Numbered from the stretch's first letter, positions 19,579 through 30,074 are shown. The stretch is DNA of 64,000 nucleotides from Bacilli bacterium (GCA_900754115.1 CAAEBM010000057.1:73000-136999); one strand, 5' to 3'. The notes: a model not told the origin generated them from the letters alone. A program made the numbers and translations.

Positions 19579-20343
19579 TCATTCTAAGATATCTTTTGCC
19601 TCTTCAATTAATTTAGCTCCTTGTTTAATTAAATAATTACAACCACTTTTTTGATTCGCCATGGTAGGCACACATCCCACATCTTTTCCATATTCTAATG
19701 CATAAGTTACTGTATTCATTGTTCCAGAATGAAAGGATGCTTCAATGACTACCAAATGATGACAACAAGCAGCAATTAAACGATTTCGCAATAAAAAGTC
19801 TATAGGGAGAGGAATTTTTTTATTAGGGTATTCACTAATGAGCAATCCTTCTTGTTTTATTCTTTGATATAAATCTTGATTTTTTTTAGGATAACAATAA
19901 TCAATCCCTGAACCTAAAACAGCAATGGTCTTGATTTGATGCATTAACGCATAATGATGTACCAATCCATCTATTCCTTTTGCTAAACCACTGATAAGAC
20001 AACAAGGGGTTGATTTTAACTCTTTTACTAAAGACTCACACATTTCTTTTCCATATAAAGAAGGATTGCGAGTTCCTATTAAAGCGATAAGATGTGAATG
20101 ATTTAATAACGATAAATCTCCATAATAGTAAAGTACCCATGGTGGATTATAAATATTTTTTAGTAATTCTGGGTAATTTGGATCTATTAAAGTTACATAT
20201 TGAGATAGGATTTTTTGTTCAATGTCTATTAAATCTTTGGGAGCAACTTTTTCTTTTTGTTTAATAGCTTGATAAATTTTTTTATAATCTCCTTGATATT
20301 TTAAAGAAAAATAAAGCAATATTTTACGCATGATTGCTATCAC
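19579..20343 (-). CDS. dprA: DNA processing protein DprA (Smf)
   Basis: GIDGLVHHYALMHQIKTIAVLGSGIDYCYPKKN Rossmann-like DprA core. The position upstream of topA matches Bacillus. Confidence 0.8.
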   Translation of the reverse strand: MIAIMRKILLYFSLKYQGDYKKIYQAIKQKEKVAPKDLIDIEQKILSQYVTLIDPNYPELLKNIYNPPWVLYYYGDLSLLNHSHLIALIGTRNPSLYGKEMCESLVKELKSTPCCLISGLAKGIDGLVHHYALMHQIKTIAVLGSGIDYCYPKKNQDLYQRIKQEGLLISEYPNKKIPLPIDFLLRNRLIAACCHHLVVIEASFHSGTMNTVTYALEYGKDVGCVPTMANQKSGCNYLIKQGAKLIEEAKDILE

Positions 20344-20396
20344 CCTATTTTAATTATAGACAAGCAAATAAAAAAGGCTTTAAATGAATTAAAACC

Positions 20397-21059
20397 TTAT
20401 TTATTTAAAATTTCTTCCATATCATCTAAAGTAATTTGAACATCTTGATGAATATAGTTACTAATTGGCGAATAAGTTTTACGATGAATCGGTAAAATTC
20501 CTAATTGTGCTACTGCTTGTACATGTTTTTCAGTACAATAACCTTTGTTTTTATCTAAAAAATAACCTGGATATTGTTCATTATAGCCAATCATGATATC
20601 ATCCCGCGTCACTTTAGCTAAAATGGAAGCAGCAGCAATGGTAACGGATTTTTGATCGCCTTTGATAATGGCTTCTAAAGGTCGATCATGAATAGAAGGC
20701 AACGGCATCGCATCGGTCAAAATTGCTTCTGGCACAAGTTTTAATCTTTTAATGGCTCGTTCCATTCCGATTTGTGTTGCTTTATAGATGTTGTATTGAT
20801 CCACTTCTTCTACACTGATGATTTCTATAGCATAATCTAAAGCATCTCGTTTAATCACTTCAAAAAGTTTTCTACGTTGCTTATCCGTCAATAATTTGGA
20901 ATCATTAATTTCATAATTATCATAAAAAGTAGGAAAAATGACTGCAGCAACGACAAGTGGTCCAGCAATAGAACCTCTTCCAGCTTCATCTAATCCGACA
21001 ACGTATTCCATTCCTTGCCACCAGTATTGTTTTTCATATTCAAAACCAGCCATCGTCAT
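20397..21059 (-). CDS. rnhB: ribonuclease HII
   Basis: VVGLDEAGRGSIAGPLVVAAV catalytic motif. 220 aa. Confidence 0.9.
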   Translation of the reverse strand: MTMAGFEYEKQYWWQGMEYVVGLDEAGRGSIAGPLVVAAVIFPTFYDNYEINDSKLLTDKQRRKLFEVIKRDALDYAIEIISVEEVDQYNIYKATQIGMERAIKRLKLVPEAILTDAMPLPSIHDRPLEAIIKGDQKSVTIAAASILAKVTRDDIMIGYNEQYPGYFLDKNKGYCTEKHVQAVAQLGILPIHRKTYSPISNYIHQDVQITLDDMEEILNK

Positions 21060-21945
21060 GACACCTCTCTAATGTTATTTTCCCTATTATACCATTTTTT
21101 AAGTCATTTAAAATGGTATTTTCACTTCGTTTATAATCTTTTTTATCATTTTGAAATAAATACCCTCTTTTTAACGCTAATTTTTCTAAAAAATCCTCAA
21201 CATCTTCTTCAAAAGGGATTGCATAATGTTCTTCTAATTGAACCCGGTAGTGCTTTGCTAAAAAAAACAAAGCAACTTTAACCAATTCAAAGGATGGAAG
21301 TATTTCTTCTTTAATAGACCCTAATAAAGCGAGTTTCACTCCATTTTGATTTTCTTTTAAATTAGGCCATAACACTCCTGGTGTATCTAACAAATCTAAA
21401 TCTTTACAATGAATCCATTGTTGTGCTTTTGTAAAACCTGGTCGATTGGCAACTCCAGCACTTTTTCTTTTGGCTAACGCATTGATTAAAGTCGATTTGC
21501 CCACATTAGGAATCCCTACAATCATTGCCCGAATCGTTTTTGGTTTTAGCCCTCTTTTTTGATCTTTTAAAATTAAAGGGTAAGTAATTTCTTTGATTTT
21601 ATTTAAAATTAATGGAATCGAGTCTTTTTTGGATAAATCAACAAATAAAGCGGGAATTTGTTTTCTTTCCATTTCTTTTTTCCATTCATTAGTACATTTG
21701 TCATCAGCTAAATCAATTTTTGTAAAGATTTTTAAAAAATATTTCTTTTGTTGGTATTCTTGAAGAATTGGATTAGTTGTCGCTAAAGGCGCTCGGCTAT
21801 CGACTAATTCTAAAATGATGTCCACTAAATTCATTTTTTCCTTCATTTGCCGCAATGCTTTAGCCATGTGTCCTGGGAACCAGTTGATTACACTTTTATG
21901 CAACCCCTTATCATTATTTTCACTCATTTTTTTCACCTTCTTCAT
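21040..21945 (-). CDS. rbgA: ribosome biogenesis GTPase A (YlqF/RbgA)
   Basis: INWFPGHMAKA, circularly permuted GTPase with GIPNVGKSTLINAL and DTPGVLWP. The true start is possibly at MSENNDKG. Confidence 0.85.
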   Translation of the reverse strand: MKKVKKMSENNDKGLHKSVINWFPGHMAKALRQMKEKMNLVDIILELVDSRAPLATTNPILQEYQQKKYFLKIFTKIDLADDKCTNEWKKEMERKQIPALFVDLSKKDSIPLILNKIKEITYPLILKDQKRGLKPKTIRAMIVGIPNVGKSTLINALAKRKSAGVANRPGFTKAQQWIHCKDLDLLDTPGVLWPNLKENQNGVKLALLGSIKEEILPSFELVKVALFFLAKHYRVQLEEHYAIPFEEDVEDFLEKLALKRGYLFQNDKKDYKRSENTILNDLKNGIIGKITLERCHDDGWF

Positions 21946-21993
21946 TCTAACTAGCTAACTCAAACATTTCTTTCTCATCTTTAATAATCTTTA

Positions 21994-22110
21994 TTAATTC
22001 TTCATTTCAACAATAGCATCATCTTTATCAGCGCATAATAGTATTCCAATAGGTTCATTTTCACCATCAATCATTTGTGTTTTTTTATAATAATTAACAT
22101 ACATCTGCAT
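21994..22110 (-). CDS. possible small ORF (38 aa) between lepB and rbgA
   Basis: MQMYVNYYKKTQMIDGENEPIGILLCADKDDAIVEMKN. It is below the ORF-track threshold. The RBS is weak and the ORF is unverified. Confidence 0.2.
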   Translation of the reverse strand: MQMYVNYYKKTQMIDGENEPIGILLCADKDDAIVEMKN

Positions 22111-22203
22111 TTGCTTCCCTTTTTTAAGAATTTAATGACATTCTTAAATCAATCGTAATAGATAGTTAATATTCGTGTGAATTTACAAATTATCCTTTAA
22201 TTT

Positions 22204-22812
22204 TTATCTCAATTTTTCAACTTTTTTATAAGTAATTTTACAACCACTTTCAAAAATTCCCATTCCATTTTTATTAGGTTGATTACAAGTTTTAAAAATA
22301 AAGCCATTAATGCCATAAATTTGACTTCGTGAAACGACTGATTTTGTCGTATCATGACGATTATCTCCAATGACAAAATACTCATTTTCTTTTAAAACAA
22401 TTTCTTCTACATTAAAATCAAAAAAATATGAAGGATGGATAAAAGATTCTTCTACTTTTTGATTATTGATATATAAAATTCCTTCCACATAACTTAACGT
22501 TTCATTGGGTAATCCAACTACTCGTTTAATCCAATCATTTTGCAAATCCTTATGCAATGCAACAATATCAAAACGTTGAATTTTTGTCTTTTCATCGACT
22601 TTTTTTAAATATAAATAATGATATTCTCCTGCACTTCCAGACAAAGTAGGTTCCATAGATGAACCAGAAACAAAACGACAAACATAATTGGCATTTAAAT
22701 AAATTTTAGCAATCAATAAAAGCAATAAAACGACTAAAATCAAAGAACCAATAATCGAAGTTATCGTTTTAAAAATATTTTTCTTTTTTTTCGTTTCCAT
22801 TGCTTGTTCCAT
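22204..22812 (-). CDS. lepB: signal peptidase I (S26 family)
   Basis: N-terminal TM segment, catalytic Ser box SGSSMEPTL, and a Lys box region. Confidence 0.85.
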   Translation of the reverse strand: MEQAMETKKKKNIFKTITSIIGSLILVVLLLLLIAKIYLNANYVCRFVSGSSMEPTLSGSAGEYHYLYLKKVDEKTKIQRFDIVALHKDLQNDWIKRVVGLPNETLSYVEGILYINNQKVEESFIHPSYFFDFNVEEIVLKENEYFVIGDNRHDTTKSVVSRSQIYGINGFIFKTCNQPNKNGMGIFESGCKITYKKVEKLR

Positions 22813-22924
22813 ATCATCACCATCAACTTTATACTATTAGTATAACTTTTTTTTCTTTTTATATAAAGAAATTCTTTTTACTTATAAAAAAAGCGGTCGA
22901 TTGAAGACCGCTTGTCACACTCTT

Positions 22925-23272
22925 TTAAATTTTTTGTTTTAATTTTGCTGCTTTACCTTTTAAGTCACGAAGATAATATAATTTTGCACGTCTAACTTTG
23001 CTATGGCTGACCACTTTTACAGCGGCAATAACAGGACTATGAACAGGGAAAATTCTTTCTACTCCTACACCATTAGAAATTTTTCTAACTGTAAAAGTTT
23101 TTGCAATTCCTTCTCCACGCATTTTAATAATCGTGCCTTCAAAAGTTTGAATTCTTTTCTTATCTCCTTCAACAATGTTAACATCGACTTTTACATAATC
23201 ACCAATGTTTAATTCAGGTAAATCGTTTCGAAGTTGATTTTGTACAACTTCTTTCACTAAATTCATATTCAT
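22925..23272 (-). CDS. rplS: 50S ribosomal protein L19
   Basis: [29 protein letters not shown]...[18 protein letters not shown] before the ATG at 23272. Confidence 0.95.
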   Translation of the reverse strand: MNMNLVKEVVQNQLRNDLPELNIGDYVKVDVNIVEGDKKRIQTFEGTIIKMRGEGIAKTFTVRKISNGVGVERIFPVHSPVIAAVKVVSHSKVRRAKLYYLRDLKGKAAKLKQKI

Positions 23273-23383
23273 GGATACCACTCCTTATCTATAAGATGTT
23301 CATGGATTGTGACCATCCAGCGGACCATCAGAGCAAAAAATGCATAATAATTTTAGCAAAACAAAAGAAGAATTGCAAGTTTT

Positions 23384-24148
23384 TTATTTCATAAATTTTT
23401 TTGCTTTTTCAATCGCCTGTTGTTGTTTTCTATCATCTTGTAATTCTTGAATTAATTGGATCTCTTTTTTTGTAAATTGTTTGTCTTTTAACAAATCTGG
23501 CCGATTTTTTAAAGTTTTTTGATAACTTTGTTTAAAGCGCCATTCTTGAATGGCTTGATGATTTCCAGAAAATAAAATATCAGGAATTTTGTATTGATCA
23601 TATTCTCGTGGAAAGGTATATTGAGGATACTCTAACAATCCATTTTCAAATGATTCTTCTTCAATAGAGGGAGATGAAATCACTCCATCAATTAAACGGA
23701 TAATAGAATCTGCGACAGCCATTGCTGCAATCTCTCCACCAGTTAAAATATAATCGCCAATGCATATTTCACCATCTACATAATTTAACACCCGTGCATC
23801 AATTCCTTCATAATGACCACAAATTAAAATAAGATGCGCTTCTGACGACAATTTTTTGGCCATTGCTTGTGTATATTTTTCTCCACTTGCCGATAATAAA
23901 TAAACTTTGCTTTGAGAAGTTTTTACACTTTTAATTGCATCAATAACAGGTTGACATTGGATAATCAAACCTGCTCCGCCTCCTGTAGGATAATCATCGA
24001 CTCGTTTATTTTTATCTTTAGAAAAACTCCGCAAAGGAATGAAATGAACTTCTACTAATCCTTTTAAAATGGCTTTTTTTATAATGGATGTACGAACAAA
24101 TTGGTCAAAAAATTCCGGAAATAACGTTATAATATCAATTCTAATCAT
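23384..24148 (-). CDS. trmD: tRNA (guanine37-N1)-methyltransferase TrmD, with a Lys/Gln-rich C-terminal tail
   Basis: MIRIDIITLFPEFF, GGGAGLI and GHYEGID motifs. Confidence 0.9.
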   Translation of the reverse strand: MIRIDIITLFPEFFDQFVRTSIIKKAILKGLVEVHFIPLRSFSKDKNKRVDDYPTGGGAGLIIQCQPVIDAIKSVKTSQSKVYLLSASGEKYTQAMAKKLSSEAHLILICGHYEGIDARVLNYVDGEICIGDYILTGGEIAAMAVADSIIRLIDGVISSPSIEEESFENGLLEYPQYTFPREYDQYKIPDILFSGNHQAIQEWRFKQSYQKTLKNRPDLLKDKQFTKKEIQLIQELQDDRKQQQAIEKAKKFMK

Positions 24149-24653
24149 CAGGAATCATTCCTTTAATTGGATTTAAATCAATTCTTTTATTGTAAATATC
24201 CACCTGTTTTAAAAAACGTGATAAAAAAGGGTATAAAAAACGTTTTTGTTTATCATTTTCAATTCTTAAATTATCTTGATTCCCACAATTTTGAATTTCT
24301 ATGACGGTTCCAATTTTTTGATTATCAAAATACACTTCACAACCGATTAAATCACCATAAAAATAACTTTCTTGAGGTAAATCGTTTAAACTTGCTTGGG
24401 CATGGATTTCATATCCAACATAACGTTCAACCAAGTTGATGTCCTCTAAACCTTTGAAAGTGAGAATATCCATTCCTTTGATTGTTTTATAAGAAGCGAT
24501 TTGAAGTTGAACTTCTTCTTTTGTTTGTGGATGATACAAAAGAACTGTTGCATTCTTTTTATATCTTAAAGTGGCAAAATCGGTCATAGAATAAACTTTT
24601 AAAGCACCTTTAAGACCATAAGTATTCACAATTTTTCCAACAATGACTCTCAC
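24141..24653 (-). CDS. rimM: 16S rRNA processing protein RimM
   Basis: VGKIVNTYGLKGALKV PRC-barrel protein. Overlaps the trmD start. Confidence 0.85.
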   Translation of the reverse strand: MRVIVGKIVNTYGLKGALKVYSMTDFATLRYKKNATVLLYHPQTKEEVQLQIASYKTIKGMDILTFKGLEDINLVERYVGYEIHAQASLNDLPQESYFYGDLIGCEVYFDNQKIGTVIEIQNCGNQDNLRIENDKQKRFLYPFLSRFLKQVDIYNKRIDLNPIKGMIPDD

Positions 24654-24693
24654 TTTTTCACCCCTTTAGTAAAAAATAGATGTCGCCATCTAT

Positions 24694-24939
24694 TTATTCA
24701 TCATACGATTCAAATTTAACGTGTACTCTGACATTATCTAAACGTGCTTTAATAGAAACCACTTCACGAATCGCACTTGCCACCATGCCACCTTTGCCAA
24801 TTAAACGAGCGGTGTCTTCTTTATCTGCAATAATGACAATTTCTAAAGGTTCTCCTTCAATTAAAGGCATCGTTTTAATCATCAAAGCATCTTTATTTGT
24901 CACCATCGGTAAAACGATGGTTCTAATTAATTCCTCCAT
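24694..24939 (-). CDS. KH-domain RNA-binding protein (YlqC/UPF0109)
   Basis: 81-aa ORF with a GKGG KH loop (RLIGKGGMVASAIREV). Lies between rpsP and rimM as in Bacillus. Confidence 0.8.
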   Translation of the reverse strand: MEELIRTIVLPMVTNKDALMIKTMPLIEGEPLEIVIIADKEDTARLIGKGGMVASAIREVVSIKARLDNVRVHVKFESYDE

Positions 24940-24941
24940 GC

Positions 24942-25226
24942 TTATTTATTTCCTTTTTTTTGCATTTTTTCTTCATGTAATCTCTTTAATACGCCTTCTT
25001 TAGATAAAAAAGATCTTACAGTATCAGAAGGAATTGCTCCTTTTTTTAACCATTGATAAGCTTTTTCAGTGTCAAGGACTACTTTAGCGGGATTTGCTTT
25101 AGGATCATAAGTTCCAAGAATTTCAATAAATCTTCCATCCCGTGGGCTATGTGAATCCGCAACAACAATTCGATAATTTGGTAAATTGTGGCGTCCTGTT
25201 CTTTGCATTCTAATTTTTACAGACAT
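24942..25226 (-). CDS. rpsP: 30S ribosomal protein S16
   Basis: MSVKIRMQRTGRHNLPNYRIVVADSHSPRDGRFIE. AAGGAGG RBS before the ATG at 25226. Confidence 0.95.
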   Translation of the reverse strand: MSVKIRMQRTGRHNLPNYRIVVADSHSPRDGRFIEILGTYDPKANPAKVVLDTEKAYQWLKKGAIPSDTVRSFLSKEGVLKRLHEEKMQKKGNK

Positions 25227-25333
25227 TGTTTCTCCTCCTTTTTCCATGCATTATTATATATAATTTAAAATATCCTGTCAAGTATTTTTACTTGCCACAA
25301 AAAAAGATTCTTCAAAAGAAGAAGATACTTTTT

Positions 25334-26644
25334 TTAAAATCTACGATTTCCCATTTTAGAGGACATTTCTTTCATTAATTCTTTACTTTTTTCATACTTT
25401 TTTAAAACGGTATTGACATCGCTTACTTGCATTGCACTTCCTTTAGCAATACGAATTTTTCGAGAAGCTTTTAAAACCTCTGGATGTTTTCTTTCATAAG
25501 GCGTCATACTTTGAATAATTGCTTTTGTCTTTTTCATATCCTGTTTTGCCTTTTCCATATCTTCTGAAGAAATCTTTGGCATTCCAGGAATAAAACGTAG
25601 CAATTTAGAAATAGAACCCATTTTGTTGACTTGTTCCATTTGATATAGCATATCTTCTAAATCAAATTTCCCACTCATCATTTTATTGACACTGCGTTTT
25701 GCCTCTTTTTCATCAATTTTTTCTTGGGCTTGTTCCACTAAAGTTAAAATATCTCCCATGCCAATAATGCGATCAGCCATACGATCGGGATGGAAAATTT
25801 CAATATCTTCTAATTTTTCTCCATTTGCGACAAATTTAATAGGAATTCCTGTTAAAAACTTGATAGATAAAGCAGCTCCACCACGAGCATCACTATCCAT
25901 TTTCGTCATAATTAAGCCAGTAATATTGAGTTTTTCATGAAAAGCATTTGCAACATTGACACTATCTTGACCCGACATCGCATCAATCACTAATAGAGTT
26001 TCTGTAATACTGACAAGATTGGTAATGTTAACCAATTCTTGCATTAAAGCTTCATCAATTTGTAAACGTCCTGCAGTATCAATAATCACGACATTATGAT
26101 TATTTTCTTTTGCGTATTCCACTGCTTTTGTTGCAATTTTTTCTGCAGAAGTTTTTTCTAAAGTAAAACAAGGAACTTGAATTTGTTTGGCAATGGTTTG
26201 CAATTGTTCTACTGCTGCAGGTCGATAGATATCAGCAGCTACTAATAACGGGTTTTTCCCGTTCTTTTTTAACATTTTAGCCAATTTTCCAGAAGTTGTC
26301 GTTTTTCCACTACCATTTAACCCTACCATTAAAAAAACGCTTGGTCGATTGGGTTCAAAACGCAAAGTAGCCGTTTCTTTTCCAAACAATTCAACCAATT
26401 CATCTTTTACAATTTTAACAACCATTTGGGAAGCATTTAAAGAAGACATCACCTTTTCTCCAAGTGCTTTTTCTTTTACTTGGTTAATAAATTGTTTAAC
26501 TACTTTAAAATTGACATCTGCTTCTAAAAGGGCAATCCGTATTTCTTTTAACATTTCCTCCATATTGGATTCTGTTAATCTACCTTGTCCTCTTAATTTT
26601 TTAAATATCCCTTGTAAACGATCTTGTAATCCTTCAAAAGCCAT
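25334..26644 (-). CDS. ffh: signal recognition particle protein Ffh
   Basis: GLNGSGKTTT, DTAGR, TKMD GTPase motifs. Met-rich C-terminal M domain. Confidence 0.95.
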   Translation of the reverse strand: MAFEGLQDRLQGIFKKLRGQGRLTESNMEEMLKEIRIALLEADVNFKVVKQFINQVKEKALGEKVMSSLNASQMVVKIVKDELVELFGKETATLRFEPNRPSVFLMVGLNGSGKTTTSGKLAKMLKKNGKNPLLVAADIYRPAAVEQLQTIAKQIQVPCFTLEKTSAEKIATKAVEYAKENNHNVVIIDTAGRLQIDEALMQELVNITNLVSITETLLVIDAMSGQDSVNVANAFHEKLNITGLIMTKMDSDARGGAALSIKFLTGIPIKFVANGEKLEDIEIFHPDRMADRIIGMGDILTLVEQAQEKIDEKEAKRSVNKMMSGKFDLEDMLYQMEQVNKMGSISKLLRFIPGMPKISSEDMEKAKQDMKKTKAIIQSMTPYERKHPEVLKASRKIRIAKGSAMQVSDVNTVLKKYEKSKELMKEMSSKMGNRRF

Positions 26645-26645
26645 T

Positions 26646-26957
26646 TTAATCCTCCCTTTCTTGTAAAATGGAAAGAATTTTTTCTTGATCTTGCAAAGAT
26701 AAAGAAGGCAAAATTTCCCATAATTTTTCTTTTAACTTTAACATTTGTATCTTTGATTCATATTTTTCTAAACGTTTTGTCGTCCTTTTAATGATATCAA
26801 AGATTGCAGTACGACTAACCTGTAGTTCATTTGCAATTTCACTTAAAGAGTAATCATAACGATAATATAAAGACAAAACATCTTTTTGTTTATCCGTTAA
26901 CAACGATTCATAAAGATCTAATAATTGATTCACTCGTTCTGTTTTTTCTAAGCTCAT
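26646..26957 (-). CDS. ylxM: YlxM/UPF0122 helix-turn-helix protein
   Basis: LTDKQKDVLSLYYRYDYSLSEIANELQVSRTAIFD. Immediately upstream of ffh. Confidence 0.8.
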   Translation of the reverse strand: MSLEKTERVNQLLDLYESLLTDKQKDVLSLYYRYDYSLSEIANELQVSRTAIFDIIKRTTKRLEKYESKIQMLKLKEKLWEILPSLSLQDQEKILSILQERED

Positions 26958-27217
26958 ATAAAAACTCCAAAGATAAAACTAATGGCAATAAAAACAAGAA
27001 AATATGTAATTGCAGTTTTATGAAATAATTCTTGTTTATAAAAAGTTCTTTTATATTCTGGAGGCAAAATAATATAGGCAAAAAGTAAAGCAATGAGAGC
27101 ATCACTTACAATATTTGCCACTAAATAGTTATCTGGGAAAAGTAAAATACAAGCATAATTAATGATAACTTGCATAATTAAAATCATAAAAATATGCCAA
27201 AAAAATCCCTTTTGCAT
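26954..27217 (-). CDS. small hydrophobic membrane protein, unknown function
   Basis: 87-aa ORF with two or three predicted TM helices. Translationally coupled between ftsY and ylxM. Confidence 0.45.
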   Translation of the reverse strand: MQKGFFWHIFMILIMQVIINYACILLFPDNYLVANIVSDALIALLFAYIILPPEYKRTFYKQELFHKTAITYFLVFIAISFIFGVFI

Positions 27218-27218
27218 C

Positions 27219-28220
27219 TTATTCTCCCTCCAATCCTTTTGTCAATCCATAAAGATATTGTTCTAAATCAAATTCTTCAATATCCTCTAATTTTTCGCCA
27301 AAACAAATAAATTTAACGGGTATTTTTAATTCATCTTTAATGGCTAAGATAATTCCACCCTTTGAAGTAGAATCCATTTTAGTTAATATAATTCCACTGA
27401 CAGAGGTCGCATCAAAAAATGCTTTTGCTTGTAACACGCCATTTTGTCCCGTTGTCGCATCAACAACAAGTAAAACTTCATCTGCAGGTCGTTGCAATTC
27501 TTTATAAATAATGCGATTCATTTTTGCTAATTCATCCATTAAATTTTGTTTGGTTTGAACTCGTCCAGCAGTATCACAAATTAATAAATCATAGTGTTCA
27601 GCTTTTGCTTTTTTTAAGGCATCATAAATGACTGAAGAAGGATCACTATTTTCTTTTCCTGTCACAATGTCCACCTTTACTCGTTCAGCCCAAATTTTTA
27701 ATTGATCAATGGCTCCAGCACGAAAGGTATCTCCTGCTGCTAGTAAAACTTTTTTCCCTTGTTTTTTATAACGATTGCAAAGTTTAGCAATCGAGGTTGT
27801 TTTGCCAACACCATTGACGCCAACAATTAATAAAACCGTTAAATCATGTTCAAATTGGATTTCAGAAGTTAAATAGTCATCACTGGTATAAGCCACAAAC
27901 ATTTTATCTACTAAAATCTCATTAATCTGATTGATATCACTAATTTTGGAAGCTGCTGCTTCTGCTTGAGTAGCATCAATGATGTGCATTGCTGTATTGA
28001 CTCCTACATCTGATAAAATCAAGATTTGTAATAATTCATCAAAATATTCTTCATTACTATTTTTATATTTGGATTTTAGTTGAGCCAATTTATCAACAAA
28101 GTTTTTTCTAGATTTATCTAAACCAGAGACATACTTTTCTTGTTTTGTCGAACTTTTTTTGGATAACGCTTCTTTAATTTTTTTAAATAATCCCACAACC
28201 ATCTCTCCTTCATTTTGCAA
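27219..28220 (-). CDS. ftsY: signal recognition particle receptor FtsY
   Basis: GVNGVGKTTS, DTAGR, TKMD motifs. 333 aa. Confidence 0.9.
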   Translation of the reverse strand: MQNEGEMVVGLFKKIKEALSKKSSTKQEKYVSGLDKSRKNFVDKLAQLKSKYKNSNEEYFDELLQILILSDVGVNTAMHIIDATQAEAAASKISDINQINEILVDKMFVAYTSDDYLTSEIQFEHDLTVLLIVGVNGVGKTTSIAKLCNRYKKQGKKVLLAAGDTFRAGAIDQLKIWAERVKVDIVTGKENSDPSSVIYDALKKAKAEHYDLLICDTAGRVQTKQNLMDELAKMNRIIYKELQRPADEVLLVVDATTGQNGVLQAKAFFDATSVSGIILTKMDSTSKGGIILAIKDELKIPVKFICFGEKLEDIEEFDLEQYLYGLTKGLEGE

Positions 28221-28893
28221 CTTTTAACAAGGCTTCTTTTGCTGCAAATTGTTCTGCTTCTTTTTTTGTTTTTCCTTTTCCTCTTCCTAATTCTATGCCA
28301 TTATGAACGACTTTAAAATAGAAAGTTTTGTTATTGTCACTTCCTAAAGATTTAATTTCTACATAGCGTAAAGGTTCTCGACTATCACTTTGAATGAGTT
28401 CTTGTAATTGTGATTTGTAATCATTTACTTCTAAATCAGGTAAATCTTTTAAAATCCAATTCAACCAAGATAAGGCCACTCTTTTTGCCACTTTAAAACC
28501 TTGATCGATATAAATTGCACCTAAAAAAGCTTCTACACAATCGGCAATCAAAGAATCTTTTTCGCGACCATGACTTTTTTCTTCTCCGTGTCCTAGACGC
28601 ATATAAGAATTAATTTTAATGAAACGTCCAAGTTGAGCCAAACTGACTTCTTGCACTAATTTGATGCGCAATTTTGTCATTTCTCCTTCTTGCATTAAAG
28701 GATATCGTTTATAAATCATATCCGCAGAAACAATTTGTAAAACAGCATCCCCCATGAATTCTAATCGTTGATAATCTTTTTTAATATTTTCTTCATTTGC
28801 ATAAGAAGAATGGGTCAACGCTTCTAAATATAATTCTTCGTTTTTAGGGAAAATATGATAAGGTCGCAATAAATTTAAAAATTGACTATTCAT
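28210..28893 (-). CDS. rnc: ribonuclease III
   Basis: RNase III signature ERLEFMGDAVL. C-terminal dsRBD. Confidence 0.9.
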   Translation of the reverse strand: MNSQFLNLLRPYHIFPKNEELYLEALTHSSYANEENIKKDYQRLEFMGDAVLQIVSADMIYKRYPLMQEGEMTKLRIKLVQEVSLAQLGRFIKINSYMRLGHGEEKSHGREKDSLIADCVEAFLGAIYIDQGFKVAKRVALSWLNWILKDLPDLEVNDYKSQLQELIQSDSREPLRYVEIKSLGSDNNKTFYFKVVHNGIELGRGKGKTKKEAEQFAAKEALLKVAK

Positions 28894-29860
28894 ATTTCTC
28901 CTTTAGGGTTTGACAAATTCCCTTTTTAATCATTGAAACGGCAAATTCAATACCCGTTTGGAAGGCTCTTGCATCACTATTTCCATGCGCTTTGACACAA
29001 ACTTTATTAATTCCAATAAGCATTGCGCCTCCTCCTTTTGTCGGATCAATATGATTTTTCATTTCATCTATACCTGATTTTGCAAAAACATAGCCCATCT
29101 TCGTAAAAACATTCTTTTTAAAGGCCTTTTTTAATAATTTAGACATTAAAGAAGCGGTTCCTTCAATTGATTTTAAAAGGACATTGCCAGCATATCCTCC
29201 AGTTGCAATTACATCTGCATCACCCATTAAAACAAATTTAGATTCCATATTTCCTTTAAACCAATCATAATTTTTTTCTTTTAAGATTTGAAAAGCTTCT
29301 TTTCCTTCAGGGCAACCTTTTTTATCTTCTGCACCATTGGAAAGCAAATAAACAGAGACGTCTTTTTTATCAAATAGACTTTGATACACAATTTGTCCCA
29401 TTTCAGCAAATTGCGCAATTTGTTCTCCATTGTTTTCATTGTTTGCTCCTAAATCTAACATAAATACAAATTTATTGGGATCAATTGTTGGAAACAAAGT
29501 TCCTAATGCAGCTCTTTTAACGTTAGGAATTAATTTCACTTTTAAAGTCGATAACGTTAAAAAAGCCCCTGTTGAACCACAACTAATCACGCCATCACAA
29601 ATTCCATTTGCGACTAATTCAACAGCTTTATTCATACTTGTTTCTTTTTTACGTAAAATGGTTAAAGCCCCATCTTCCATTCCCATGACTTCTTTTGCAT
29701 CGTATAAAATGGCTTTCCCTTCTAAAGGTTGCAATTCTTCTAATTTTCCCACAACGTGAAATTCCACATCTTGGTTTTGTGCTAAATAATTTAAAACGGC
29801 TTGTATTACAATGCTACTTCCTAAATCTCCACCCATAGCATCTACAGCTAATTTAATCAT
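28886..29860 (-). CDS. plsX: phosphate acyltransferase PlsX
   Basis: MIKLAVDAMGGDLG N-terminus. 324 aa. Confidence 0.9.
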   Translation of the reverse strand: MIKLAVDAMGGDLGSSIVIQAVLNYLAQNQDVEFHVVGKLEELQPLEGKAILYDAKEVMGMEDGALTILRKKETSMNKAVELVANGICDGVISCGSTGAFLTLSTLKVKLIPNVKRAALGTLFPTIDPNKFVFMLDLGANNENNGEQIAQFAEMGQIVYQSLFDKKDVSVYLLSNGAEDKKGCPEGKEAFQILKEKNYDWFKGNMESKFVLMGDADVIATGGYAGNVLLKSIEGTASLMSKLLKKAFKKNVFTKMGYVFAKSGIDEMKNHIDPTKGGGAMLIGINKVCVKAHGNSDARAFQTGIEFAVSMIKKGICQTLKEKYE

Positions 29861-30074
29861 TGATTTTCACCTCGTATATGTTAGTATAGCATATTTTTTA
29901 TTTTTTTGGGGTACTTTACTTAATTTTTATATAAAAATTGAGTAAGGTTCTAAAATACTAAAGAAAAACATACGTTATACTGTATATCAATTTCTTTTGG
30001 TGATGCCGTTTTTTTTAAGTGTCATCTTTAAACTTCAGGCTAAATATGATATACTTAAAAAGGAGAGAAAACTG

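Noticed and set aside
25686-26666. Plus-strand ORFs (25686-25940, 26349-26666) inside ffh
   Set aside because: Antisense to the highly conserved ffh gene, with no RBS. Spurious.
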